From Klebsormidium nitens (lineage: Eukaryota; Plantae; Klebsormidiophyceae): DNA of 63,886 nucleotides. Of this stretch, positions 45,901-58,800 are shown in pieces. The stretch lies in NCBI GenBank assembly GCA_000708835.1, contig DF237473.1, positions 1 through 63,886 of the forward strand, written 5' to 3'. The position numbers and the translations under genes were made by a program. The notes beneath the pieces were generated by a model. That model searched no databases, had not been told where the DNA came from, and saw only the letters and a list, made by a program, of their open reading frames with translations. How positions within the stretch are numbered: the stretch's first letter is position 1; every line of letters starts with the position of its first letter.

Positions 45901-48900
45901 GTTACGACGAGCTTCTTGACCGAGGCGATCGGCTTGACCAAGTTGGTAACCTGCATGAAGTATGCTTGTTATTGTTGAGCTCTCGTAACTACAGGATTCT
46001 GGGGGAAGTAGAACCGGGTTTGCATGGGGCGCTTGTCTTCCCCATTCGGGGATGTCGTAAAAAATGGGTGCGGCATTGCTATGTCGTTCACAACGTGCAA
46101 AAAAGATAGTCGACAGAAGCATCAAAAAATATAGTCATGCTCTTCAAAACATAGGGCGCGCATGTGAGCGCTTGTCATCCCCAGTCACAGGTTCAGAAAC
46201 GTCGGCAGCATTTTGCCGGCGTCACAACGAGCTTCTCAACCGAGGCTGTCAGCTTGACCGTCTCGATGAACTGCATGATGGATCGTGTCATGCTCAAGCC
46301 CTGTCGAACTGGGTAGGTTTTGGGTGGCATGAGGCCCTTGTCCTAACCCATGACGAGCTCTGCAAATGGCCGTACCTCGCTGTCTTCTCGAACGAGAACG
46401 GCTGAAAGCAACAAGCACCTGACCCACCTTCTTGGAATCTATGTGCGGATTGAAGCCTGGTAATCCTCAAGCTGTAGGGTCTTCGTATCTGACCACAAAA
46501 CTGACCAATCTCCAGACCAACTACAAAACCAGCGTCGGGTGATTTCTAAACCCACTCAGGACCAGCTTCAGATCATTTTCGATCCGCACTAATCGAACAT
46601 GATACGCTTAAACCCCTAACCCACCTCCTTAAACACCGTGTACAGATTGAAATCCTAGTCTCTTGCTGGCAAGCCCGATAATAATCTGAGCTCATAACCA
46701 ACTTGAGTCCAGTATCAGAACCAGAAAATCAAACCTTGGTTAACCCGTAACCCACCTCTTTGAAAACCGTGTGCAGCTTGAAATCCTTGGCCTTCGGTGT
46801 TTTGCTGGCAACCCAATGAAAGTCGAGAGCTCTAAATCGAGAACCGATTTGAGACCAATCTCAAACCAAGGATAAACAAGCCTCTGCTTGACCAGTAACC
46901 CACCTCCTTGAAAACCGTGTGCAGGTTGAAATCCTTCGCCTCGAGCTCCAGGCTCCCGTCCTCTAATCGAGACAGGTCAAGCACGTCGTTGATGAGTGTC
47001 GCCAGCAGGTTAGCGCTCTTGAGAACCGTCCCAGTCCAGGAGCGCTGCTCAGGGGTGAGCTCCGATTCTTGGAGAAGAGACGACAGCGCGATGATTGCGT
47101 GCATGGGCGTGCGCATCTCGTGGTTCATCACCTGCAGCAAGAACCTTCTTGTTAACCGCTTTTGATGAATTTGGGTTTGGAAATTTGAATTAGCTTAAAC
47201 ACGGTTCAGGAGCGCTGCTCGGGGGTGAGCTCCGATACTTGGAGAAGAGACGACAACGCAATGCTTGCGTGCATCGGTGTGCGCATCTCGTGATTCAATC
47301 ACCTGCAGCAAGAACCCTCTTGTTAACCGCTTTTGATGAATTGGGGTTTGGAGATTCAGTTTAGCTTAAACACGGTTCAGGAGCGCTGCTTGGGGATGAG
47401 CTCCGATTCTTGGAGGAGAGGCGACAGCGCAATTATTGCGTGCATCGGCATGCGCGTCTCGTGGTTCATTACCGGCAGACGAAAAAGTCTCTCGTTGGAT
47501 GCGTCTAGACGCTTAGGGTTTGAAAATCTGGGTATAAGTCGTAGCACTGACTTGGTTTAGGAAGTGTAGCTCGGAATCCCTTGTGCACACGACCTCTTAG
47601 GAGGCAACAACGAGCACAAGATGGTGCGCATGTCGATGCGCACCTCATGGATCTTGCCTGCAGATAGCAGCATCAAGACTGTACGAACTTCGAACTTTTC
47701 ACCAGCGGATTCTCTGAAGTTTAAGGGCTGAAATGAGGCAGGCTCCGATAGAGAATTGCAATGCATGAGCTTAGAAAGTTGCCAGTCCCCTGACCAGGCT
47801 TGATTGGGCTCGGGGGAATGGACCCACCAGTTACACGGGCCCACTTTGGCAGCTCCAACGAGGGTTTGGGTCCATACATATATTCTTGCTTAGTGAATCC
47901 GCGTTTCCTTTTCATGGCGATGCTTTCCATATCTTTTGTCAAAGGCAGAACCCAAAAAAGCGCACGCGCAGATACAAGCTTTCAAGTCGAAAGAACTGAC
48001 GCAGACAGGATGGGAAACTGCCGAAAGGTTGCTCCTTGCCGGGTGGACACAACAAGTGCGAAGGAAATTCTCGGCGCCAAGAAGTCGTTCTTCACTTGGA
48101 TCGCCTTCTCCACTCCCCGTCCAGTTTAGAGAAAATAGAAACTTAAATCAACAATTCGAGAACCAGCCGGAGTGAAACCACTGATTCGGAAAGTTTTCTC
48201 ACCGCCAAGAAGTCGTTCTTTGCTTGAATCGCCTTCTCTGCCTCGCGCCGCGCTCCGTCCAGGCTCGCGTTCTGCTCTTGTAGCTGGTCACATGCTCTCA
48301 GTGACTCTTCCAGGATCGCAGCGTGACTCAGCGCAACCGCAACCTGATCCGCAACAACTTCCACTATCTCCAGCTCGTGTTGGTGCCACCTGCACAAAGA
48401 GTACACTACGATCTTCAACGATAGGTGACTTTCTGAGAATGACCTCCCGAATTTGCTTTGATCAGTTTTACATGACCCCTCCAGCCTCGTGAAGCGACTC
48501 AGCACAATTGCAACTTGCTCCAGAATTACCTACAGAAACTTTTCCGCTCGTGCTAGTTCCACCTAGATACAAAACGAATTTCTGCTTCACTTTCAGATCC
48601 CCGTTCCTTAGGCTTCTTATCAACAAAATCTCGCATCCGTTACGTTCCCTCAACGACTTTTCTAAGGTCGTGGCGTGACTTAGTGCAACCGCAACCTGAT
48701 CCGCAGCCAACTCACAAAATCTTCAGCTCGTGTTGGTGACACCTGTAGAAGAAACCTGAATTCTAGAACCTTTCCTTAATAAAGCACCCACCTCCTGTCG
48801 CTGTTTCTTGGGAGCATGAACACCATAAGGGCAAACAGCTGGTTCTCCCCCTCTTAGTCGATTAAACATCAAAATCGCCCCACGAAGCAACCGCATAAGC

Positions 48901-51900
48901 AAACCCCAGAACATGAAGCTGCCAATAAAGCTGAAACCAAAACGTTTTTGAGAAAAGCACGCACCTTCTTGCGCTGTTTCCCGGGAGCATAAGCACCATG
49001 ATTGCAAACAGCTGGTTCTCTCCCTCTTCTCCATCGTTGAAGCTTGCCATGTGAAGCAGCGGAACGCGGATCGCGACAGCGTCGCCGAACTGGGGTTGCG
49101 CGGTAAGGGTCAAGGGGCCTTTGGTGAAGCCGTTTTGGGAGTGCGAGCTGCCGTCCCATTGGACCGGATACACATTCGCCGTGGCGGCAAGCGAGAGAGT
49201 GGAGGTCTGCAAAGAAGAGGTGGGAAGTCAGAGATCTGGTCATCGATCATCGACAAACATGGTCACGGTTTTGTAGAGGGAGAATACCCGCTTATTTCTG
49301 ACGCTATCTAGACAGGAACTGTCACCCACGATAGGGCCTCCGTTTTGAGGAAGCTGTTTGGGAAGAGGAAGCTGCCTTCCAGTAAGCAGGGGACAGGTTG
49401 GCGGTGCCCAATAAGCAAGGGAGCGGACGTCTACAAAAAGGAGGGAGAACCTTCACGACGAATCTTAGCTTTAATTTGATGGGTGATCACCCTAGCGAGA
49501 TCCTTATTTGATCCACACCAGGCCACTGCATCCCCCTCTATTCCTTCCACTTTCTTCTTCATGATCGCCATTGAGACTACATTCGGAATGGAATTTCCTA
49601 GTACTCTTCCAGATTGTGGGCTCAGAACCCTTGCAATTCTTGCATCGTTGACGCAACCCACTATCGTACAAACCCTGTTCACACTACTAATTGCAAGTCC
49701 CAAGGACTGAAGTGCAAACACTCATTTGCCCCGAGCCTTTGCATTAATTCCTGAATATTCAAATCATTCATTGCAAGCGTCTTGAGCACCAGCAACTGCT
49801 GCACCAGACAGAAACCAACACGCCCTAGAAAAACTCTCAGGATCCGCAGGCGCCTGCGGGAGAATCCTCGATCGCTCCGAGGTTGCATGACGTGCTGAAC
49901 AGTTGGGACGTTTATTGCGTGCACAAAGAGACACCGTTGACGTTTTTGGCACCACGATCTTCGGCAATAAAGAAACCAAAATCAGGGAATGCAAGCTCAT
50001 ATCGAAAACGCTTAAAGAAGAGGTCTCAATGCTCCGGGGCTCTGCATGACGTTCTAGGTCGGGTCGTTCATCGCGTGCACAAAGAGACATCGTTGCAGTT
50101 TCTGGCACCCGGCAGTGTTAGAAACTAAAATCAGGGACTGCAAGATCATATCGAACACACTTACGGGAGAAATCTCGATCGCCCCGGGGCTCTGCATGAC
50201 GTCCTGCACGGTCGGGTCGTTCATCGCGAGCGTGATGGGCACCAGCGAGGAGGGCGGGTGGAGCTGGTGTGTGAGCTGGAGGTCCGCCCCGCTGCGCTGT
50301 GGCATCCACAGCATACACTCCTCTAACTGCACGGTAACACTTCAATGTTTCAGAAACTTATCAAAGCCCCGAAAGAAGAGACGCAGATAAGGTTAACCCT
50401 TAACGAATCGAAGGTTGGTGGGGATAGTGTTCCGAACCGAAGCTGAACATCGAGACTTGTAGGTTCTGGGGAGGGTCGTGCATGTTCAGCAGATTCTAGC
50501 ATGATAACAAGCATAATGCAGTGTGGACGGAATGATCGCCGACTTGGTTGTGCTTTTCAGCGGTCTAGCACTAAGAATGACAACAACAACAGCTAACCCA
50601 TGTCCAGCATATGAAGCAGCCTAGAACTGGAGGTCTTTAATGAGCTGCGATCCTTTAAGGTGAGAAACCACCCAGAAGCGGAAATCTTCAGAACCTTGTG
50701 GATGTCAAAGTACCAAGTGTTTCGAAGATAGATGTCTTGCCTGCAGTGTACGCGCCAGCTCGCCAATGGTGGTCCGCAGGATCGTGTGTCGGTCCAAACT
50801 CGAGCGAATCTCGTGCGTCAGCATGCGAACGTGTCGCCCCGTCTCTTGCTGCAGGGTAAGCGAAATATGACGTCAGCATGGAACCTTCTGCAGACCTGTC
50901 TAAAAGCTCCAGGAGATATGAGGTTTGAGCATGCAATCATAACGCCCCAGTTCTTGCTGCAGGGAAGAGGAGTAAGAGACGTCAGCTCATCACGTCACTT
51001 AAACTATCATGAGTCCATTGGTCGACCTGTAAACTTATTGCACGCTTCAGGATCGATTCTGCTGTCAGAGCATATAGTATGCACCAGCATAAGCGGGTCA
51101 CCCTTCAGACAGGACAAAGCGGAATAGCAATCCCCACAACTTTGCACCAAACACAACATACTCACCGCTGCTTGACTCATGCCAGCACCCCCACCTTTTT
51201 CCGCACAGACTTCAGTGCACAGCAGAACCGAAGAAAGTGCACCAAAATCACCGCTATACATTCTGCGTAACCCCTAAAAACGGAACAAAGAACCCCAGAT
51301 TGAGGGCAAGATCCTCACCGCAGTCTTCATCATGCCCAGCTCTGAATCTAACTCCCCCGCCTTGTTCCGCAGCAACATCTCCCTGACATGAAGTCCATAG
51401 CAGATCCGAAGAAAATGCAACTAAAGGACAACTGTACGTTCTGCGTAGGCCCTAAGACGGAACAAAGAACGATAAAAATGCTCACCGCAGTCTTCATCAT
51501 GCCCAGCTCTCGGTCCAGCTCCCCCGCCTTGTTCCGGAGGAACATCTCTCTCACTTTGACCGACAGCAAGTCCGGTATGATGTGCACCAGCATCACGGCC
51601 GTTGCGCAGCTAACTATCGCTGTTAACCCTTTCGCGATCGTCATGATGACCGCGATCGAGCGGGAGTGAACCCCAAACGTCCAGAGGTTAATCATATGGG
51701 TTAGGCCGCAGAGGATGATGAACGCGCCGAACTGGACGAGGACCCAGCGGTACGGGAAGAAGGTGGCCTTCTTGACGAAATAGACGAGCTCGAGGGGGAT
51801 GGAGAAGTACGCCAGCGCAATGAAAGCGTCGCTGCAACGAGAGAGGGGACAAAATCAGGTCTGTGAGGAACATGAACTGTTTGAGTCGGGGTTGGAATCA

Positions 51901-52989
51901 ACGATTTAGAGGATGGAAAAGGTGGCCTTCTTGACGAAGTAGACGAGCTCCAGGGGGATGGAGAAGTAAGCCAACGCAATGAAAGCGTCGCTGCAACGAG
52001 AGGGAGGATGAATCCAGATCTGTGATGAAACAATTGAACTGTCTGCGTCGGGGTTGGAATCAACGAATTAGAGGATGGAAAAGGTGGCCTTCTTGACGAA
52101 GTAGACCAGCACGAGGGGGATGGAGAAGTAGGCCAGCGCAATAAAAGCGTCGCTGCAAAGATGAAGAAAGATTTTAAGGTTTCCCATGGGAAGGTGGTTT
52201 GCTTTGCGTTTGTCAGATCTGGTGGCCTTTTTGACGAAGTGAACGAGCTCCAGGGGGATGGAAACGTAGATGCCAGCGTAATGAAGGCATTTGCTCAAGA
52301 GAAGAGAAGCGTGTGATGTTGCTGGAACTGAGGGCGTCCCTAAGTGAGTTGAAGGGTTGTCAGATGCACGGGTGTCACCACTGCGTTGTTTCATTGGACA
52401 ATTTGACTTTCTGGCTACTTACATGAACCTTGAGGTGACAAAAAGACAAGCAAGCTCGACAAAACTAGTGCAAGTAATGACGCGGGGCGGATGTTCTTGG
52501 GTTTTACCAGGGCAAACATTGTCAATAGAGTACAGGTTGAAACTACCGGATTATACATCAGCAGACAAGCTCCACCAACAACCTCAAAGCCCAACAACGG
52601 CCTCTTCTGAAGAATGAATGTCGCATCAAACACCACTGTTCTCTGCCCATTCAGTTGCTGACCACATCTTAACTGGCTGGCGGACACTAGCTAGGTTGGA
52701 AATACCGCAAATGCTAACCAGCCAGTGCTAACCACTGTTCCGTCATGTTAACAACCCAGATTTACCAGCCTCGCTGGCAGACATTTGACATCAAGTTCAA
52801 CGTGCCGCCATGGCTAACCAGCCGATGCTAACAAGGACTCCATTTACCAGTAACCATTTACGATTTGAACTACCGTTGAGGGAAAGGCTAAAGAGACCAT
52901 AGTTCGGCTGCTCCTCACCTGACATACTGCCATTGGAGAAGACTATCGTCTGGGGGCCCAAAGCCCGGGAAGCATTCACAGTGGTCCAT
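42978..52989 (-). CDS. ETR1: Ethylene receptor, subfamily I, with receiver domain (ETR1-like)
   Basis: Twelve phase-consistent exons: 52989-52919, 51831-51486, 50848-50741, 50326-50165, 49206-48965, 48389-48203, 47131-46904, 45591-45325, 44843-44716, 44400-44209, 43761-43647, 43229-42978. Contains [19 protein letters not shown] and FIILCGLTH (Cu-binding Cys/His), a GAF domain, H-box NHEMRTP, N/G1/F/G2 boxes (GNAVKF, DTG, KLF, GTGLGL) and receiver LLDV...LLKP. Confidence 0.97.
45650..52300 (-). repeat. Echo stacks around ETR1 exons 2-8
   Basis: Exon 2: about 51910-51995, 52075-52157, 52218-52290 and 51312-51390. Exon 4: about 49840-49950 and 50010-50105. Exons 5/6: about 48780-48860, 48640-48745 and 48070-48115. 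Exon 7: about 47205-47310, 47375-47480, 46745-46800 and 46615-46660. Exon 8: about 45655-45775, 45819-45955 and 46150-46280. Confidence 0.92.
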
Positions 52990-53579
52990 TGCGCCTCTTT
53001 TTGATGCGGTGTGAATGCTCGCTAAACCCGCTGTATCCCCCGCTGTATACTCAATCTACTATAATAACAACTCCCTTGTAATCCTGCTTGAGGACTGGCG
53101 GTATGTGGCGAGCTGCAAGTTGGTCTATGAGCGGCTAATGTACCCAAAGACAGGAACTTGCTTGTGATGGAACAGATCTCTACTGACGGGACTGCTTAGG
53201 AAAAGGCTCACTGATTGGCTCGTTGATATGCTGGTAAGAGGCCCAGCGAAACGCAATAAGGGGCCACTTAGGTAACAACAGGCTGATAAGAAACCTCCGT
53301 TTGTTAATACGGCAGGGGACTAAGCGTGGCTCGAAACTGGCAGCGAAGATCTGCAGAAGAGAGGAGGGAAGCTTCAGATGGATTCTTGCATTCTGATTGC
53401 CGTCAGTTCATGGTTTGCGAGTCAGAGATTGGGAAAAGATCTGCCGGTGACAACTCGGTGGCTAAGCTGTTTGAATACAAACACTGGAGTGAGATATAGT
53501 GCACCACACACAGGATACCAGGCACCAGAAACCCCATCCTAAGTAGCGTACGAGGCTGCATTCCTCAATGCCAGAAACA

Positions 53580-54330
53580 ACCTCACACTGCAAACCTTCG
53601 ACACGGCCTCACACGATACGCCTTTTTTGAAATGCAAAACAAGAGGACAATGCAAAGTTCACCGTGTAAAGCCCAGAGTGGCTTGGCATAACGGAGGCCA
53701 AGAGTAAACCCTACAACTATAAAGGGCCAAATTGAAGACGAGATTACTGACCATGTTGTTGAAGGTGACTGCTTCCCATTCAAAATGTAAAATACAAGGA
53801 AGCAGAGGACAAACAACTAATGCGGCCTGATGTGTGATACATTGATTGATCAACAATATAAAGAGTGGTTCAATCAACAAAATCACCGGTTTATCAATAG
53901 CATTCACCAGTATAGACACTGAAAGAAAAGCATCAACAAAGGCCTGAGGAACTTCTTTCCAAGAAAGGCAAATGGTCGCTCAACGGCTGCACCACTCTCA
54001 CTTCAATGGCACCTTTTTTAAAACAATGCGGACCAAGAACTCAGAAAATTCTTGCTTATGCTTATCATATGCATGCATGCACGAGGTTTGCACGTCTTGC
54101 TGGCAAATATTATTGGGAAAGCAGCAAGGAGAAAGGAGATGAATACAGATTTGGAAAGTGTGAAACACAATCGTAAGTTTTTACAAAAGAATTCTGCATC
54201 AAATGTAAAATGGGGCATGAAGTGGACACATATATGCCAACACCTGCCAGACAGATATCTTTTTTGGGGTTCTCTGGTTTCAAACTCAACAATATCATGA
54301 TAATGAAGGAAGAAGCTGGCCCTTCTCCAT
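53580..54330 (+). pseudogene. Decayed ORF, possibly a CACTA/CMC-type transposase remnant
   Basis: One AT-rich reading frame of about 250 codons broken by several TAA/TGA stops but no frameshift. It ends in KWTHICQHLPDRYLFWGSLVSNST, similar to the recalled H..HL.....(W/F)G.L....S motif of CMC/tnp2-like transposases. Confidence 0.35.
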
Positions 54331-55872
54331 CCTTTTGCATGCCAATAAGGCTTCATAACCCTCTTAACAGGAGGTCTCAGTTAATCCTTCACGACTTTGA
54401 CAGTCACCTTTTGTATTCTCACACAATTGGATCTGAGGGTATCAACTTGTCTGACAGCTTTACATGATTGTTTGAACGGGCTTGAGCAGACCATTCTAAC
54501 CTCCATCGGCGTAGTCAAAAAGTTCCCCATCCTGGAGATTCCCAGGTTGAACAGAGTCATATCAGCGAACAAACCCCTTTGAATGAGCCGCCCTGACTTA
54601 TTCCAATGTAACCAACGAGCACAAGGGATTCAATAGAACTCACCCTGAATATGCAACTTAGCTGTGCGCCGTCAGACCTCTGGGAGACCCCCTGCCTGCT
54701 TGCCTGTGATACCTGATTGCGGCACAACGTTCTTGTAGCCTACCGTTTCTGCATGACCAGAGTCCACACAGTTTGAGACGCCATTGCCATTGGTTAGGCA
54801 GGAGCTGAGTCTAATACGTCTGAGTGCCTTTTCTGATCGACGAGGATCCTAGACTCAGAGCTAGCTAGAGCAGCCTGAGCTCTAGCCGCGCTGCGCGGCC
54901 GCCAAGAGAGAGGCGGCCACGGCCGCCGCCGCGGTTTGGCCGGCCGCGCCAAAGCCGCCCGCAAGCGCGTGACGTCGAGCCGGGCAATCAGGGTTTAAGG
55001 TGTTCTTTCAACTCTTCAAAACATTTCATTGTCCATGCAGCTTGTTGTACAACCAGGAACGGCAAATGCAGACGGCTTTCGTGTAGGTACCTACCTGTGT
55101 TCCCAATGTTCGAATCCCAACAGCCTGGTTGCGCGCAGCGCTGAATCGCTGCCGAACTTGATGTAGAAACGCCGCCTCTGTGCAGATAAAGTGCACACTC
55201 TGATCTCTTTTTGTCATGGGAGTTGGGTCAAAGAATGGGTTGACCCCTTTTAAGAGAGGATACTTACATTTGAAGCTAAAATCACGAGCTCAGGTGGACA
55301 ATGCTCAAGAAACGGTTGAAAAACTTCAGAGCTAACTACTAGGCTTGCCCATTCTTTTGGTGATATCAGCTTCCGAACACTTGCTGGGTGTAGGACTGGC
55401 AAAATGATAGGGCACATTTCTTTGTGCGTGTGACGCCTTGCGGCTATTTTGGGTGCCAGGCCTCACCCAATGTTCAATTTGGTGTCAATGAGATCCACAG
55501 TTGTAAGTGATCTCCAACGAGCACTTCAAGAAACCCCCTCAACAGTCCCCTGTCGCGGCCAGCCACAATCCCTCTTTGAGCGCTCTCACCCTCAGGCTTT
55601 ACCTCTGTCGATAGGTCCATGTCTTCAGGGGCGCGCCCCGCGTGTTTCCTGCTGGACTCCATGTGAGCTCCCGGCATAGCGGACCGCTGGGCGCAAGCTC
55701 GAACGCCTGTCTTGATGTCTCAAGTGCGCAGAAGGGGTCGTCCCTGTCCCCTGTCGAATAGCCAGTGAGTTGGCTGTGGTTGGGGGCAAGATTAGACATT
55801 GCGCCCTGAGAATTGAACCAGGCTTTATCAGGTCCAGATGTAGCGCCAACAGAGAATCTGCAGCTTTGGTCC

Positions 55873-58800
55873 ATGGCGAAGAGCTCTTCCTGGAAAGCCT
55901 ATCTTGCGGTCTGCGGGGTGGTGGCTTTCCTGACGCTGTTCATGCTGGGTAATGTGGGGTTACCCAGCATTAACCAGGAGGTTAAGGGTGGTCAAGAACG
56001 AGGAAGTGCGACGGGAGAAGAAGTAAGTCCTTTGCCACAGATTTCTCCGAGGACTTCTTCACTTGACTTCGTTTGATATGCTGGTGACATGATTCTGGTT
56101 ACCCAGTGTTGACCAGAAGGTTAAAGAGTGGTCAGGGAAGAGGAGAGGCGGCAGGGGAAGAAGGAAGTCTCATAGGACTTTCACTTAAATGACTTCTCTT
56201 CGCTAGCCTTTTCGTTACAGGCTGGTGAAACGATGTTTTGGTTACTTAGCACTAATCAGGAGGTTTAGGGGGGCCGAGGAAGCGGCGGGTGAGCCGGGAA
56301 GAAGCAAGTCCTCTGCCTACTCTCGAGTACACTGCCTCCAAATGGCACTTTTGTTGAAACTTGGTTACCCACTGCTAATGATTGAGTTAAGGTTGGTCAA
56401 GGAAGAAGTTGACCATTGGGGGGGGTAATGAGTTTATGCCCATATCTGGGTTAGAAAGGGTAAATCTGGATCAAGGAGGGCATCACGCTTGGTCAAGGAA
56501 GAGGACTTGCAGCAGGAAGGTGTTCCTTCTATTGCAACTCTGCATTTCTCAATGACTTTTCTTATGCATTGGATGTCGAGCCTGGGTTGGTAATTGTCGA
56601 TGACGGGGTTAAGGGTGGTCAACAACGAATGGGGCTGCGGTAGAATCCTCTGCCTAGTTTTGGTTCCGGATCATAGTGTGTTGTGCGCTGTATGATAAAC
56701 CTGGGATGCTCAATGAGTTTCGAAACGAACACCCTATGGTCCCTCCTTGCTTTCTGTGTTTCAGCCCGAACTAGGTCGCTCGAGATTTTTTTTTAGGAAG
56801 AAGCTACTCTAGGTGATCTGAAAACGGTGCGCTTTCCTCGCTCATGGGGGCAGTATCAAGCCTGAAGTGGGGGGAACCTTGTGCAAGTTGCTCAGTCTCA
56901 GGCGATGGAATGACCTCAGCAAATCTAGATTTATCGCCTTCAATCGGTTTTTGCAGACGGCCACTCGAGTTGGAGAAGCCATCAAAGGCGGTCTTTCGGG
57001 GTCTTCGAAGGGGACTGCCGTTGACCCCCAGTTTTCCAAGCATACCAGGCCCTGAGCCACTTCGATTTGAAACTCTACGCTTCAAGAACGTTTATTTTGC
57101 GTACAGTTGCATTCAACGTGAGAAGCTGCCCTTGAAGAACTCCAACCGATTCGAAGCTTTTCCCCCTTGCATACCTAGCATGCAAGGCTATTCTGGTCGA
57201 CACTGATTATCCTCTCACTTTGTTGCAGAATGCCACGTCCGTTGGACAGGTCGTCGAAGCCGCACTCGAAGACCTCCGGACGGATCTGAAGCTGTTCCCC
57301 TCCGAAGTGCGAGCCATATTTCGGGAAGAAGTCAACTCCCTGTTTCGGGACGAGATCCACAGAGCGACTGCCGCGCTCCAACAAGCCTTCCCACTAACCC
57401 AGGGTTCCGAGCTTAACCCAGATTCCCTATCAAGGCAAGGGTTTAAGGCAGAGAGCGTGCTAAAGCGGCGAGACCTAGGGCGGTTAACGAATGATAGGTT
57501 TGAGTTGACCGCGGAAGAAAAGGCGTGGGCTGTGAGGCCGGACTCGTTTTGCATCGGGTTGGGGGGGAACGTTACGGTGCTGACGGTAACCCCCGGTTTG
57601 GAAACGCACATCGACGAGTCGGAGATGAAGGAGCGAGGGAAAATGAGCAACTTGGGAGAGGTAAGAAAACAACCGTTCACAATGGAATAAAAAGTCGTAC
57701 AACCTGACCCTTAAGGTTTCTATTCTGCTTAAGGAGTTCATTTTGGCCGAGCAGACCCAAGCTTTTGACGTTCATCCAGAGCCTGAAGTTCGGTCCTGGT
57801 CAGAAAGGAAATACGAATCGAGTCGAGTTCAAAGAGTTGGTAGTACGTACTCGTCTGAGTATGCGAAATCGTGAGGCATAAGTACTCATACCCCAGAGTA
57901 TAGATATGCTGACGTCGAACTCTGAGAAACTGCAAACAGGCACGCTCTCGTTGCACTACAAGTGCAAAGCTTGTCTCTCATTCGCAGCTGCGTATGCACG
58001 TGCACTTCGCGCCGTCCCAAAGTGCAAACCTCAAACTGCACGGTGCACAAAATTTAAAACACGTATGACACTGTGCACACTGTGCACAACACATTAAACC
58101 AGCCTTTGGGCAATATTTGCTCCTGTCCTTCGCGCTTTCATGTGGTGCTTCGAAGCTGCCAGCAAGACTGCGCGGTGATAAGGTCTGATATTTCCAAGCG
58201 TTGGGGTTTCAAGGCGAACAAACTATGCATTCACCCAACGCGATTGTCATGCTTTCGCTTCTTGACAGCAGGGTCAACGTGCAAGAAATGCGGCCAAACA
58301 GGGTCCTGTACGTAAAAAACGTTGTGGCTATGGGTTCTGCGAGCTAGCTCGCATGAGTACAGAGCCCCGACAACGCACCTTTTGAAGTCAGCGGGCACGA
58401 ATACAACCTGCTTCCTTTGATGAAAAGCTGGAGTTAAAGAATGCGAACGTCAGCTGTCGCTTCTTATGCAGGCGTACGTGCAAAAGATGCGGTTTGATTG
58501 GATCCACATGAAGAAGCACGAATATGACTACTTGGAGCCAGCCCTTATATGTAGACAGCTCGAACATCTCAAAATTCACATTGAAGGGCACCATCACACT
58601 CTTCTTCCTATATGGAAATGTGAAAATGATCAATGTTGACGTCGGATATTGCTTCTCATGCAGGCGTACGTGCAGAAGATGCGGCGTAACAGAATCCTGT
58701 ACATAAAGCGTCACGGCTACGAGTACTGCGAACTCCAAGCGAAGACGGATCCGACCCGGCACGCGTCTTGGAGCAAGATTCCGATCACCATGCAGATTCT

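Noticed and set aside
45650-52300. Several tandem ETR1 paralogues or full mutually exclusive exons
   Set aside because: Each copy covers only one end of an exon and runs into stops or lacks the second splice site; only one complete gene can be assembled.
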